Part shown: one piece after another, positions 57,201 through 64,000 of the stretch
Layout of the letters: each line of letters begins with the position of its first letter
Position numbering within the stretch: the first letter of the stretch is position 1
From: a virus
Length of the DNA: 64,000 nucleotides
Direction: 5' to 3' (one strand)
Virus record (IMG/VR): IMGVR_UViG_3300006329_000001
Coordinates: 1-64,000 of that record
Notes under the pieces: generated by a model
What the model saw: the letters and a program-made list of their open reading frames with translations, nothing else
Databases searched by the model: none
What the model was told of the DNA's origin: nothing
Position numbers and translations under genes: made by a program

Positions 57201-58550
57201 AAAGTATGACCTTACATTAATATCAATTTCTCCACTGCCAGAGTCGCCAGTATTATTAGCACCGAATAAAAGATTCCCTGAAGTATTGTTAATTTTAACA
57301 TAGTTTAAATAATTAAATCCTCTGTATCCTGTAGTAGCAGTTAATTCTTGATCAAGATCAAAGTTCTCTACTGTATTACCATCAGCAAAACCTATACGAG
57401 AGTTCTGTAATTGATCATTGTCAACACCTGCTTGAGCAATGGTTACAAAACCACCCTCATAGTTACTACCTGCATCCCATTGTGATACATCAAAATCTTC
57501 TTGATTAAATGATGCTAAACCTTTCTGAGGTGCTAGAGCAGATCCGAGATATCTCCAAGATCCTGTATCACTGGTGTCCGTGTGTGTAGGCTCACCGCCC
57601 CCAGAGTTAATAGGAAGGATAGCCTGATACAACTTATCAGACGTATTCTTAACCTTGTCATTTCGTACATAGTTTGTTCCATTGTTATATGCTGCTATCT
57701 CACTACCTTGTGTTGCAGTGGCAATAGCGGATGTGCTTGCAGCAGTCAGACGACCATATCTGTCAACCGTAAAGTTAGTTGTGTTAACAGTTTCATCACC
57801 TGTCGTTACAGATACTAATGGTGTGTCTAGGTTGCCTACAGGGTTGTAAGAACCAACAACAACAGGAGTATCAGCAAGGTCTAGTAATGGGTTACCATTA
57901 ACTCCAGTACCATTAGATACTAAAAGTCTACCTGCAGATACAGCGATCTGTCTGTTTGCTAAGGTACCAGCTCCAGTACGAGAGACGAGACCAAAACCTG
58001 TCATGTCTGCTAATGCTTGTAGCTCTGCATCAGCAGGCTGAGCATCAGCAATACCATAAGCAGCAAGAGTCGTGGGGTTGTCACCAGTAGTAACACGACC
58101 ACGAGAGTCAATAGTTAGACGAGTGTATTGTGCAGTGGCAGTTAGATTATTAGGATCGTAGTGTGGAAGACCTGGTTGATAGTTTAGTTCAGCAGTGATG
58201 TTAATGTTTGCAGATCCGTCAAAGGTTGCAGATCCTGACATGTCACCTGTTAGGGTGAATGATCTAGCGTTGGCAAGTCTTGTAGCAGTAGCAGCGTTAC
58301 CGATAATTGACGCAGTAATGGCACCTGCCTCAAAGTTACCGTCAGCATCACGCTTTACAAGAGTATTTGCAGTATTACTTTCTGTTTCTAGTGGACGTTC
58401 GTACTTAAGTGAGTTCCATGGAGTTACACCATCTCCTATCTTGATTCGTGAGGTATCAAGTTCGATACCCAACTCACCCTGAGCGAGAATGGGATTGATG
58501 TTTGCCCACTGTTGAGCACCATCACGTCGTAATTGTAATCTATTTGCCAT
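51228..58550 (-). CDS. giant repeat-rich fibre protein
   Basis: N-terminal QLRRD...W...NPILAQGELGIELDT.RIKIGDG..W..L.Y (hyaluronidase/Mtd N-terminal type), many L.VDG.T repeats, C-terminal SP.LTGTPTAPTA...TTQVATTAFV. Confidence 0.9.
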   Translation of the reverse strand: MANRLQLRRDGAQQWANINPILAQGELGIELDTSRIKIGDGVTPWNSLKYERPLETESNTANTLVKRDADGNFEAGAITASIIGNAATATRLANARSFTLTGDMSGSATFDGSANINITAELNYQPGLPHYDPNNLTATAQYTRLTIDSRGRVTTGDNPTTLAAYGIADAQPADAELQALADMTGFGLVSRTGAGTLANRQIAVSAGRLLVSNGTGVNGNPLLDLADTPVVVGSYNPVGNLDTPLVSVTTGDETVNTTNFTVDRYGRLTAASTSAIATATQGSEIAAYNNGTNYVRNDKVKNTSDKLYQAILPINSGGGEPTHTDTSDTGSWRYLGSALAPQKGLASFNQEDFDVSQWDAGSNYEGGFVTIAQAGVDNDQLQNSRIGFADGNTVENFDLDQELTATTGYRGFNYLNYVKINNTSGNLLFGANNTGDSGSGEIDINVRSYFSDPDITLDGSVAQILDKTGDGNLTFQLTQNNAAARNLSILSTNAGGGDANITITAENDITISASNVSNRVNVEGFQFQDDTLSSTAATMILDPNDDDAVTGKVQIRGDLQVDGTTTTVNSTVVTIDDPIFTLGGDTAPGSDDNKDRGIEFRYYDTQARIGFFGWDEDYADSNIWSGTGGYRLLYNATNTSEVFSGTDAPLIVGNLRLTTNTGSTSTTTGTLVVTGGLGLSENAHIGGTVTIAGQSEVNNNVIFRADNKSFNIQNNAGADKFTVDYDNGNTVIQGTVDIQLETEITDNLIIKADNKKFDIQTAAGVSVFDVDTDNGNTHADGTLDVDGGTTLNNTLDVDGATTLNDILDVDLDATFHDDITLDTTGKYFKITNGSDDKFTVLSTNGDTDIRGTLDVGSAVIFENNFNANGNNTTIGNANTDVFTVNSVTTFTDNITVNGTVDFDTTLNVDGQADFNSTVVIDGQTTIYDSVIIQSDNEVFNINNASAQTQFSIDSDNGNTVIGRAGLGTDAVGLLTVHGDTLLNRDLTVDGNTTIGDANTDTLTVNSESTFNADVTIAGTNNFQVTGNAIVDGNLTVHGTTTTVNSTVVTLDDPIITLGGDTAPGSDDGKDRGVEFRYYSGSAKLGWFGWDNDVSRFALYDDATNSSEVFSGTRSGIDAGSLKLFDTTNATNSSTGTLIVGGGAGIGLDLWVGDDLQVVDDAAIGGNLEVTGTFDVTDDLAVNTSKFTVDAGTGNTIIQGTVQVDGNATIGNASGDQHTITGTVLFNQAITSTDITADNIQIGVSGATEIDTTSGNLILDSAGGTVNVTDDLDVDLNLNVDGNTKVDGTLTVDGNTTIGNASGDSHSVTGTVQFNQAITSTDITADDIKIGVDAANEISTTSGNLILDSDGGKVHITDNAEIDGTLQVDGNATIGDNSGDQHEFTGTVTFNQAITSTDITADNIRIGVAASSEIDTTSGSLTLDSNTGETIIDDNLTVNGTLDVDALTTVTDALTVKADNKLFSVQTGSAATIFSVDTDNGNTDIQGTLNVEGATTIDDTFNVTQATDLDGTLNVDGVATFQNNVVLNADNKEFAIQLDDGTDKFTVQSATGNTDIQGTLDVNGATNVTNTLGVTGLTSLTNNTNPTSLSANAALMVTQGGLTVDEDVYVGSDLFIGPNAGTTITLNGATGNGAFGGTLDVTGQTTLTTISATSLTTSAGVTMDGSLIINTNKFTVAGATGNTAVDGTLDVNGATNITDNLTVTGAVDFDTTLNVDGNSTFSGTITQNSTSLFKDNIVLRGSTKTLKLQNGSGTDKITLNSTSGAATFAGLTTTNTLDVTSNTTIGGTLGVTGQITGNVTGALTGNADTATLVNITETGSSNLTYYPTFVSATTGNTEIRTDSSNLTYNPSTNTLTVNNFTSTTDFTVQGNLTITGNIQYNQSQVGSIANHDTDALSEGTTNLYYTEERVDDRVNALITGGTGITATYDDAGNMLTLSATQADINTDNITEGSTNLFTTAARTRTHFTYGTGITHSGGTLSVTQADIDTDNVTEGSTNLFYTDARGRASFSATGSLAYNASTGVFSYTTPTTIASLSNHDTDDVAEGSTNKYYTDERVDDRLNAVIVAGTGVTKVYDDAANTYTLSVTQVDINSDNVTEGSTNLFTTAARTRTHFTYGTGITHSGGTLSVTQADIDTDNVTEGSSNLFTTAARTRTHFTYGTGITHSSGTLSVTQSDIDTDNVTEGSTNLFTTAARTRGHISVGGDLAYNSGTGVISFTERTDAEVNTLADARIAAADTDDLSEGSTNLYFTNARADARVTAGITGKLDASAVSTFGGTLIDDADAAAARTTLGLGTVATTAATAYATAAQGTLADSATQPGDLSTVATSGDYDDLSNKPTLGTAAAAATGDFATAAQGTLATNAAPLASPGLTGTPTAPTAAQATNTTQVATTAFVQSNLTAALLRTALGIVSAANDAGSGLASGEMYFNTTSNTYVLVA
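51775..52880 (-). repeat. eight DTD.V.EGSTNL repeats (about 43-60 aa) in the fibre
   Basis: DIDTDNVTEGSTNLFTTAARTRTHFTYGTGITHSGGTLSVTQA and variants, counted in the translation. Confidence 0.9.
54280..54945 (-). repeat. three copies of a DGN.TIG..SGD.H..TGTV.FNQAITSTDITAD module
   Basis: Seen in the translation. Confidence 0.85.
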
Positions 58551-58583
58551 TTTCTAATAAGACATACACTGCGGTCTCTTGTT

Positions 58584-58591
58584 TATTTATG
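58584..58591 (-). promoter_or_regulatory. late promoter of the fibre gene
   Basis: CATAAATA immediately after a terminator. Confidence 0.7.
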
Positions 58592-58594
58592 CAC

Positions 58595-58619
58595 AAAAAA
58601 GAGACCCCAGAGGGTCTCT
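58595..58619 (-). terminator. Rho-independent terminator
   Basis: AGAGACCC-TCTG-GGGTCTCT plus T-run. Confidence 0.85.
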
Positions 58620-58624
58620 AGGTT

Positions 58625-58834
58625 TTATTCGGCTGGTACCTCTGCAGGTTCTGCAGGAGGTGGGTTAAGATATTCCAGAGTTTCTATGGCACCCAAGAGT
58701 TTAAGTGCGGTAGATTCATTCTCTCTAATCTTTGCTTGGAGTTGATTAGTTTCTCCTTGTATTTTTTGGTATCGATCCTTAAATTCTTGCAGAAGTACTG
58801 CAGGATCTTTATTTTCGGTCACATCAGCTGGCAT
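58625..58834 (-). CDS. small coiled-coil protein
   Basis: KIRENESTALKLLGAIETLEYL; start moved to MPADV. Confidence 0.75.
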   Translation of the reverse strand: MPADVTENKDPAVLLQEFKDRYQKIQGETNQLQAKIRENESTALKLLGAIETLEYLNPPPAEPAEVPAE

Positions 58835-59087
58835 CAGTTTTCTCCTTAACAAGTTGCAATAGTAGACTTTTAATGTCGGTTACATCAGATTTTAATGCAT
58901 TTACCTGATTTTGTAAAGAGGTAAATTCAGTTTTCTTACGTTGCCTTTCATTATAAGACTGCATGTATTTAGAATATTCATCGCCATCGGTCATTACGAT
59001 AGCGTTGGATTCTGTATCTCTATAGAATCCTTTGTTTTCATCCCCTTCTACAGGGATAAATCTCTTTCCAGTAAAATTATAGTCCAT
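58824..59087 (-). CDS. small virion-associated hypothetical protein
   Basis: VEG...YRD.ESNAIV...Y..Y, then coiled coil LKSDVTDIKSLL. Confidence 0.8.
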   Translation of the reverse strand: MDYNFTGKRFIPVEGDENKGFYRDTESNAIVMTDGDEYSKYMQSYNERQRKKTEFTSLQNQVNALKSDVTDIKSLLLQLVKEKTDAS

Positions 59088-62000
59088 TATGAAGCAAATG
59101 CAATAGCTCGCATATCCTTAACAAGAGGTACCTTCGCTTGGTTAGTACCTGTCATGACAATTTTGATCTGGAATGCTTGGAATTCCTCACCTGTAACAGT
59201 GTATTCGAAGTCTTCCCATTCTTCCTCACCTACATTGGTAGCACCAATTTCGGGAAGTGGAATAGAAACCCAACCAATCTCATCCATTACTTTATCAGAT
59301 CCTGGTTTCTGTATTCTGTAGTAAAGTTTGATATTGGAATCTCCAAATCTCATCATTGCTATCATAATACGAATAGATCGTGATAAGTTAGACAGTCTAG
59401 CAGTCTTAGTGATGTAGACTGCTTCGTTCTGATCACCTGAAGGTAATAGTGAAACATCAGCAGTGGTATCAATATCAGCTTGTAGTCCTAGGACTTGCTG
59501 ACCACCTGGCCATCTGTTGATTCTATTACTTGTTGTGATAGCAGAAACCCTATCAAGGTCAACAACAGGAGTCAGATTATCTTTCTCCGTTGACATGTCA
59601 ATACGCATGGTAAATGACTTGTTACCTTCTAGTTTATTGTCCTCATTAATCTGAGAACATATAATTCTAGGATTATTAAAGTAGTTCTCTTCATTAATCT
59701 GAATTATATCATAGGTACCATTGTTAACAAAGGATGCTTGGTCAACAATAGTTCCACTGGTACCGATAGAAGTACCAGAAGTAGTATTGATAGATGCTAC
59801 TATATCAGTTTCCTTAAAGTTCATTACCTGTATTGTTGGAGTAATGAGTTCGAAAGGAACGTTCTGGGTTGCGGTCACGCCTGGACCACCAGTACGGATA
59901 CCCACACTAGCAGTGGATGTTGTTGGTAGAGTGTATGAATCTAATGTTGGATCATCAATAGCAGTATGTGTCTTATTGATTTCTGTTAGTGGTATACCAT
60001 CAAGGTTATAACACTCAACAATAGATCCTGCTGGCCATTCTCTTGCAACAGTTCCTGCTGCTGCTCTACCAGAAGTTGCTACAGTAATAGTAGTACCAGT
60101 AGAGTTAATTGCACTATAAGCAACTATCTCATGTACTGGATCCCAACCTGCCCATGCTTCAGTTGCTTCATCTTCACCAGGTATAGATCCTACAGCAGAA
60201 GGGAATTCTGCAGCATAGATCTTAAGATACCCTTGGTTGGTATTACTAATAGATTGTCCATTTATAATCTTATGGAATGTACCTGCTTCCTGTACTGCTA
60301 TAGATGTTGCAGTGGAAGATAGGGTTGTGTTAAGAACAGTAGATGGAATCTCTGATCTTACACCTGTAATTGTTACGTTGTTTGAGCGATTATGCATTCC
60401 ATGATTAGGATGGAAGACATGTAATTTCTTATCAACTGCCCTAGCAGTGGGTGTTAAAGCTGGATAGGCGGTATAGCTGTCACCACTGTAGGAAGCACTA
60501 GACATAGTACCAGAAACTCCGCCAGGCTCTGATAAGGTGTCGTTCGATACATCAAACTGACTGTCAACATAATTCGCTGTAATAGTGGTTGTTCCTGCAT
60601 TGTAATCCGTTACTACTGCTGTTGCTCCTGAACTAGATCCAGTAATTACATCCCCTGCTGAGAATGTACCGTTGTTCACTGTGGACATCACAATAGTCAC
60701 TGAGGACTGTGATGACTTAAGTGCTTGGAATGGATCTCCATTACCATCGATGAAACCTTGAGCAAACGTTCCGACTATATCGGTAACGGTAAGGATCTCT
60801 GGGTTTGCAACAGAATCAAATTCTACCACAGTTCCTTCTGCATTGGAAGGGGTCTGTTTGACTCTTGCACCAACTGTAAAGTTATAATTGTTACCAGTTG
60901 GTAAGGTAATTTGTTGTTGAGGTTTAATTGTTGTTACAGGATTATTTACCAAACTTAATATTCCATCGTTGGCAAGACCTAATTTCGTATTGTTAAATAC
61001 TGCTCTTCCTGTAACTCCTGTGTCAAATGTTGCACGATATAATGTGAATTTAAGGTCTTCGTATTGGTCTGCAGTCCATGTAGATGCGTTCTGTGATTTA
61101 AAGAGAACACCTGCATATGGCTGCTCTGATATAGTTCTAGTTCCTGTGACATCAATGTCACCCATTCTTGAGATCCATACTTTATATTCGTTAGAGTCAG
61201 AGAATAGAACAAAGCAATGTTCTTCTGAAGCAGGAATATAAACTGGTGCAGGGAATGTGAACCTAGTTGCGATAGATGCATTCTCAGATACCTCAACACC
61301 TGATGGTTCTATAGTAACATCAGAGAAAGGTAAAATGTCTTTAGTTGGATATCCATTCTCCATAGGACGTATCTGCATAGAGATAGGAATATTAGTGTCC
61401 TTAGTACCGAAGAAGATATCTACAGCAGTAACAAATGTACCACCTTGCTGTTCTAACAAGAATGATTGAGCAAGTGGATCCCACCAACCAACCTGTCTTG
61501 TATTAGTTCTAGTAGAACGAACTGTCCTTCTATCAGTAACAGTATCACGAACAACTGAAGCATTTCTAACAGCAAGAATATTTTCCTGAACTGTATTTAA
61601 TGTACCCCTAGCTGTATATTCTGCCTCAGCAGCTGAATCAACTGCACCAGGGAGTCTGCTATCGGTCTCTGAGGATGATAATCTGAATACTCTGGAACCA
61701 GTTGCCCAACGTGGATTGGAACTATTCTGAGGGTTAGGTATAAAGAATACACCCTTCATGTTTCCAATCAAGTCAGATATTAATCTACGATCTTTAACAA
61801 CGGCCCGTGCACCTGAAGTTTGACCGACGAGAATTTCTCCAATTCTTGCGTTACCATAGTAGTCAGGTGAAATGGTTTGTGCCATTACAACTGTGTCTAT
61901 GTTTAGAATTGCAGTCTGTGATGCATAAGAGTCTGGGAGGTTAGCATTAGTCTGACTATATGGGTCAGTTGCTAAACCATCATTAGGTGCTGCAACTCTA

Positions 62001-64000
62001 AATCTTGATCCAGATTGTGCACCAATTACAGTCTCACCAATAACAAATGGTGTCTCATTAGTTCTAGCATCTTCAGATGAGTTCTTAACGATCTCAATCA
62101 ACTTAGGTGTAATGTAAGTCATTATATTATCACCATCAAAGAATGCGTACATTCTGGTCTTAGGTTTGATACGTTGTACATCAAATCCAACGTTCCTAGA
62201 CCTGATCCATGGTATAAATGTACTATCAATAACACTGTCTCCTAGAGATCTTCTATCAATCCTAGGTACAACACGAGTTCTAATACCACTTCTTACCTGA
62301 CGACGTGTAGTGGTAATAGTCTGAGTCGCCATGATTCTTCTAGGCACACCACGAGAGAATGAATGTTCTCTCCATCTTCTTGTGTTAGTTCTTCTAGTAC
62401 CTGTCCAAGTAGTTCTCCATGCTCTCCATTGTATAGGAGCAAAACCTTGTTGGTTTACACGCAATCTTCTACGAGTTGCTTGGAAGTTACCTTCTATATT
62501 TGTAATTCTTGCAGGAGCACGACGTGTGTCAGTCCAGTCATCAGATGCAGGTGTAAGATCAATACGACCAATGAATGTGAAGACGTTAAATGGGTTAACG
62601 TTCTCCATTCTAGAAGCATATGGTTGTATGATTAACGCATCAGATGTGTATGGAAGAGTGATTAAGTTAGCAACTGCTTTCTGTACATTAGTAGAAGAAG
62701 TTGAGTTCCACTGTAATGCTACGTTAGTAGTATAATGCTGTGGACGTAGATTACCTTCTGTGAAGTCTAATGAACACTTATAGTCTAAGTTCTCTGTAGC
62801 AGAAGTTCCATGAGATGTAAAGTCATCAACCATGAATCCATTCTTAAGACGATCAAATCCATCATCATCATATGCTTTAACATTTCTAGCATCACTCTCA
62901 AGAAGAGATAGAGAAGTATAGTACTCAACGTCTTGTAAACGTCTGTCCATGTTACCTATGTCTTCCATAGTGTAACGACGTTGTTGGTGTAGAGTAATAA
63001 TTACATCTTCATCTACATCATAAACATATGGTTGGTAGCTAATCTTGGCAAGTAACATTGCATTGTCAAGATCATCTGCTTCAGGAGGATCTTCTGAAGG
63101 TATACCTTCAGATAATTTTAGATCACCATCATGTGTCATGAATAGTTTATCACGACGTGGTAGATAGTATTCGTAGTCAGCACGGAATTCTTCTTCTACC
63201 TTAGGTACGTTAAAGATAGTAGAACCACCTGCACCACCAGTGCTTGTGAATACTCTTGAGTCAAAGTCTAAACTTACACAGTTTGTGTAGTATGGTTGCT
63301 CAACTGTACCAGATCCAGATGCTAGTTCTCCAACAGCAGGTCTGAAGTCTACAGTATCAGTTAAGTACTTACTATTGTTATTACCTCTCCATCTAGGAAT
63401 TTCAGAGAAGTCAATACCAGAGTAAGATTGGTTAGCAAAGTAGTCACCTGACGCTTCATGAATGAAGTAGTCAAATACAACTGCTAATTTTCTACGAGGT
63501 TCAGCAGTTCCACCTTTTCTAAGAAGTTTGGAAACACTATAGTAGTAGGAATTTAAGCTAGCGTCTAAGTCGAAGTTCGCTGTGATGTTTTTTGATCCTC
63601 TTTCGAGTGATCCATCAGCATCATCAACGACACCAACCAAAGCATTAAGATCGTCATCAAAGCCATCGATGGTCTCTCCTGAATTAAAGAATTCTGAACT
63701 TGTAGGTACAAGATATAATCTAAGATTGTTAGAGTTAAATGATACAACTCTTGCACGAGCACCACTTGTTCTACCAACAACAATAGATCCTGGATCGAAG
63801 AATACATTCTCCGTTAGAATCACATAAGGTACTTGAGCATCACCATCATCTTCTGATTCATATACAGCATGTAGTTTGTATACATCATTCAGTGCGAATG
63901 AAATCTCTTCATCCTCAATACGAGTACCATATAAGTTACCGTATGTTAAACCGTAGTTCTGTACATCAGTATTGTTTCTAGTACGAACAACTTTCATCAC
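59087..64000 (-). CDS. giant virion structural protein (VrlC/DUF4815-like), 5'-truncated
   Basis: YTMEDIG..D.R...VEYYTSLSLLE, DRLKNGFMVDDF, ENVNPF, WDPLAQSF, GVLFKSQNASTW. Confidence 0.88.
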   Translation of the reverse strand: MMKVVRTRNNTDVQNYGLTYGNLYGTRIEDEEISFALNDVYKLHAVYESEDDGDAQVPYVILTENVFFDPGSIVVGRTSGARARVVSFNSNNLRLYLVPTSSEFFNSGETIDGFDDDLNALVGVVDDADGSLERGSKNITANFDLDASLNSYYYSVSKLLRKGGTAEPRRKLAVVFDYFIHEASGDYFANQSYSGIDFSEIPRWRGNNNSKYLTDTVDFRPAVGELASGSGTVEQPYYTNCVSLDFDSRVFTSTGGAGGSTIFNVPKVEEEFRADYEYYLPRRDKLFMTHDGDLKLSEGIPSEDPPEADDLDNAMLLAKISYQPYVYDVDEDVIITLHQQRRYTMEDIGNMDRRLQDVEYYTSLSLLESDARNVKAYDDDGFDRLKNGFMVDDFTSHGTSATENLDYKCSLDFTEGNLRPQHYTTNVALQWNSTSSTNVQKAVANLITLPYTSDALIIQPYASRMENVNPFNVFTFIGRIDLTPASDDWTDTRRAPARITNIEGNFQATRRRLRVNQQGFAPIQWRAWRTTWTGTRRTNTRRWREHSFSRGVPRRIMATQTITTTRRQVRSGIRTRVVPRIDRRSLGDSVIDSTFIPWIRSRNVGFDVQRIKPKTRMYAFFDGDNIMTYITPKLIEIVKNSSEDARTNETPFVIGETVIGAQSGSRFRVAAPNDGLATDPYSQTNANLPDSYASQTAILNIDTVVMAQTISPDYYGNARIGEILVGQTSGARAVVKDRRLISDLIGNMKGVFFIPNPQNSSNPRWATGSRVFRLSSSETDSRLPGAVDSAAEAEYTARGTLNTVQENILAVRNASVVRDTVTDRRTVRSTRTNTRQVGWWDPLAQSFLLEQQGGTFVTAVDIFFGTKDTNIPISMQIRPMENGYPTKDILPFSDVTIEPSGVEVSENASIATRFTFPAPVYIPASEEHCFVLFSDSNEYKVWISRMGDIDVTGTRTISEQPYAGVLFKSQNASTWTADQYEDLKFTLYRATFDTGVTGRAVFNNTKLGLANDGILSLVNNPVTTIKPQQQITLPTGNNYNFTVGARVKQTPSNAEGTVVEFDSVANPEILTVTDIVGTFAQGFIDGNGDPFQALKSSQSSVTIVMSTVNNGTFSAGDVITGSSSGATAVVTDYNAGTTTITANYVDSQFDVSNDTLSEPGGVSGTMSSASYSGDSYTAYPALTPTARAVDKKLHVFHPNHGMHNRSNNVTITGVRSEIPSTVLNTTLSSTATSIAVQEAGTFHKIINGQSISNTNQGYLKIYAAEFPSAVGSIPGEDEATEAWAGWDPVHEIVAYSAINSTGTTITVATSGRAAAGTVAREWPAGSIVECYNLDGIPLTEINKTHTAIDDPTLDSYTLPTTSTASVGIRTGGPGVTATQNVPFELITPTIQVMNFKETDIVASINTTSGTSIGTSGTIVDQASFVNNGTYDIIQINEENYFNNPRIICSQINEDNKLEGNKSFTMRIDMSTEKDNLTPVVDLDRVSAITTSNRINRWPGGQQVLGLQADIDTTADVSLLPSGDQNEAVYITKTARLSNLSRSIRIMIAMMRFGDSNIKLYYRIQKPGSDKVMDEIGWVSIPLPEIGATNVGEEEWEDFEYTVTGEEFQAFQIKIVMTGTNQAKVPLVKDMRAIAFAS

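Noticed and set aside
51652-58482. Many plus-strand ORFs opposite the fibre gene (and opposite other core genes)
   Set aside because: Antisense shadows of Thr/Gly/Asp-rich codon usage, with no SD, promoter or motifs
1-64000. tRNA or rRNA genes
   Set aside because: Intergenic spaces are short and none shows a cloverleaf or T-loop consensus

Overview
This is a 64-kb segment of a T4-like marine cyanomyovirus. PebS, PcyA, NfuA, MazG, CobS, Hsp20 and the AT-rich composition point to a Prochlorococcus-type phage. Almost all genes are on the minus strand. Read in transcription order from the right end, it carries a partial giant virion protein, a 2440-aa repeat-rich fibre, and neck/tail genes gp13-gp16. 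An accessory island follows (Lys-rich putative internal-head polyprotein, SNase-like nuclease, NfuA, microproteins), then gp17-gp23, gp3, uvsY/uvsW, gp55, tandem pebS-pcyA, gp47/gp46, a vWA-peptidase with CobS, gp45/44/62, Dam, RegA, Hsp20, gp43, UvsX, gp41, MazG, a structured manA-like ncRNA and gp32, which converges on the end of gp53. Seven Fe(II)/2OG oxygenases are interspersed. The best candidate for an undescribed system is the only plus-strand operon (9.7-11.6 kb). It sits behind a late-type promoter and encodes two paralogous, signal-peptide-bearing, Ser/Thr-rich beta proteins plus a third exported protein with a TolC/OEP-like strand-helix signature, whose frame overlaps the second gene by 310 nt. 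Membrane-anchored genes flank it. All family calls come from motif recognition; no searches were run. No tRNA, rRNA, CRISPR array, intron or intein was seen.
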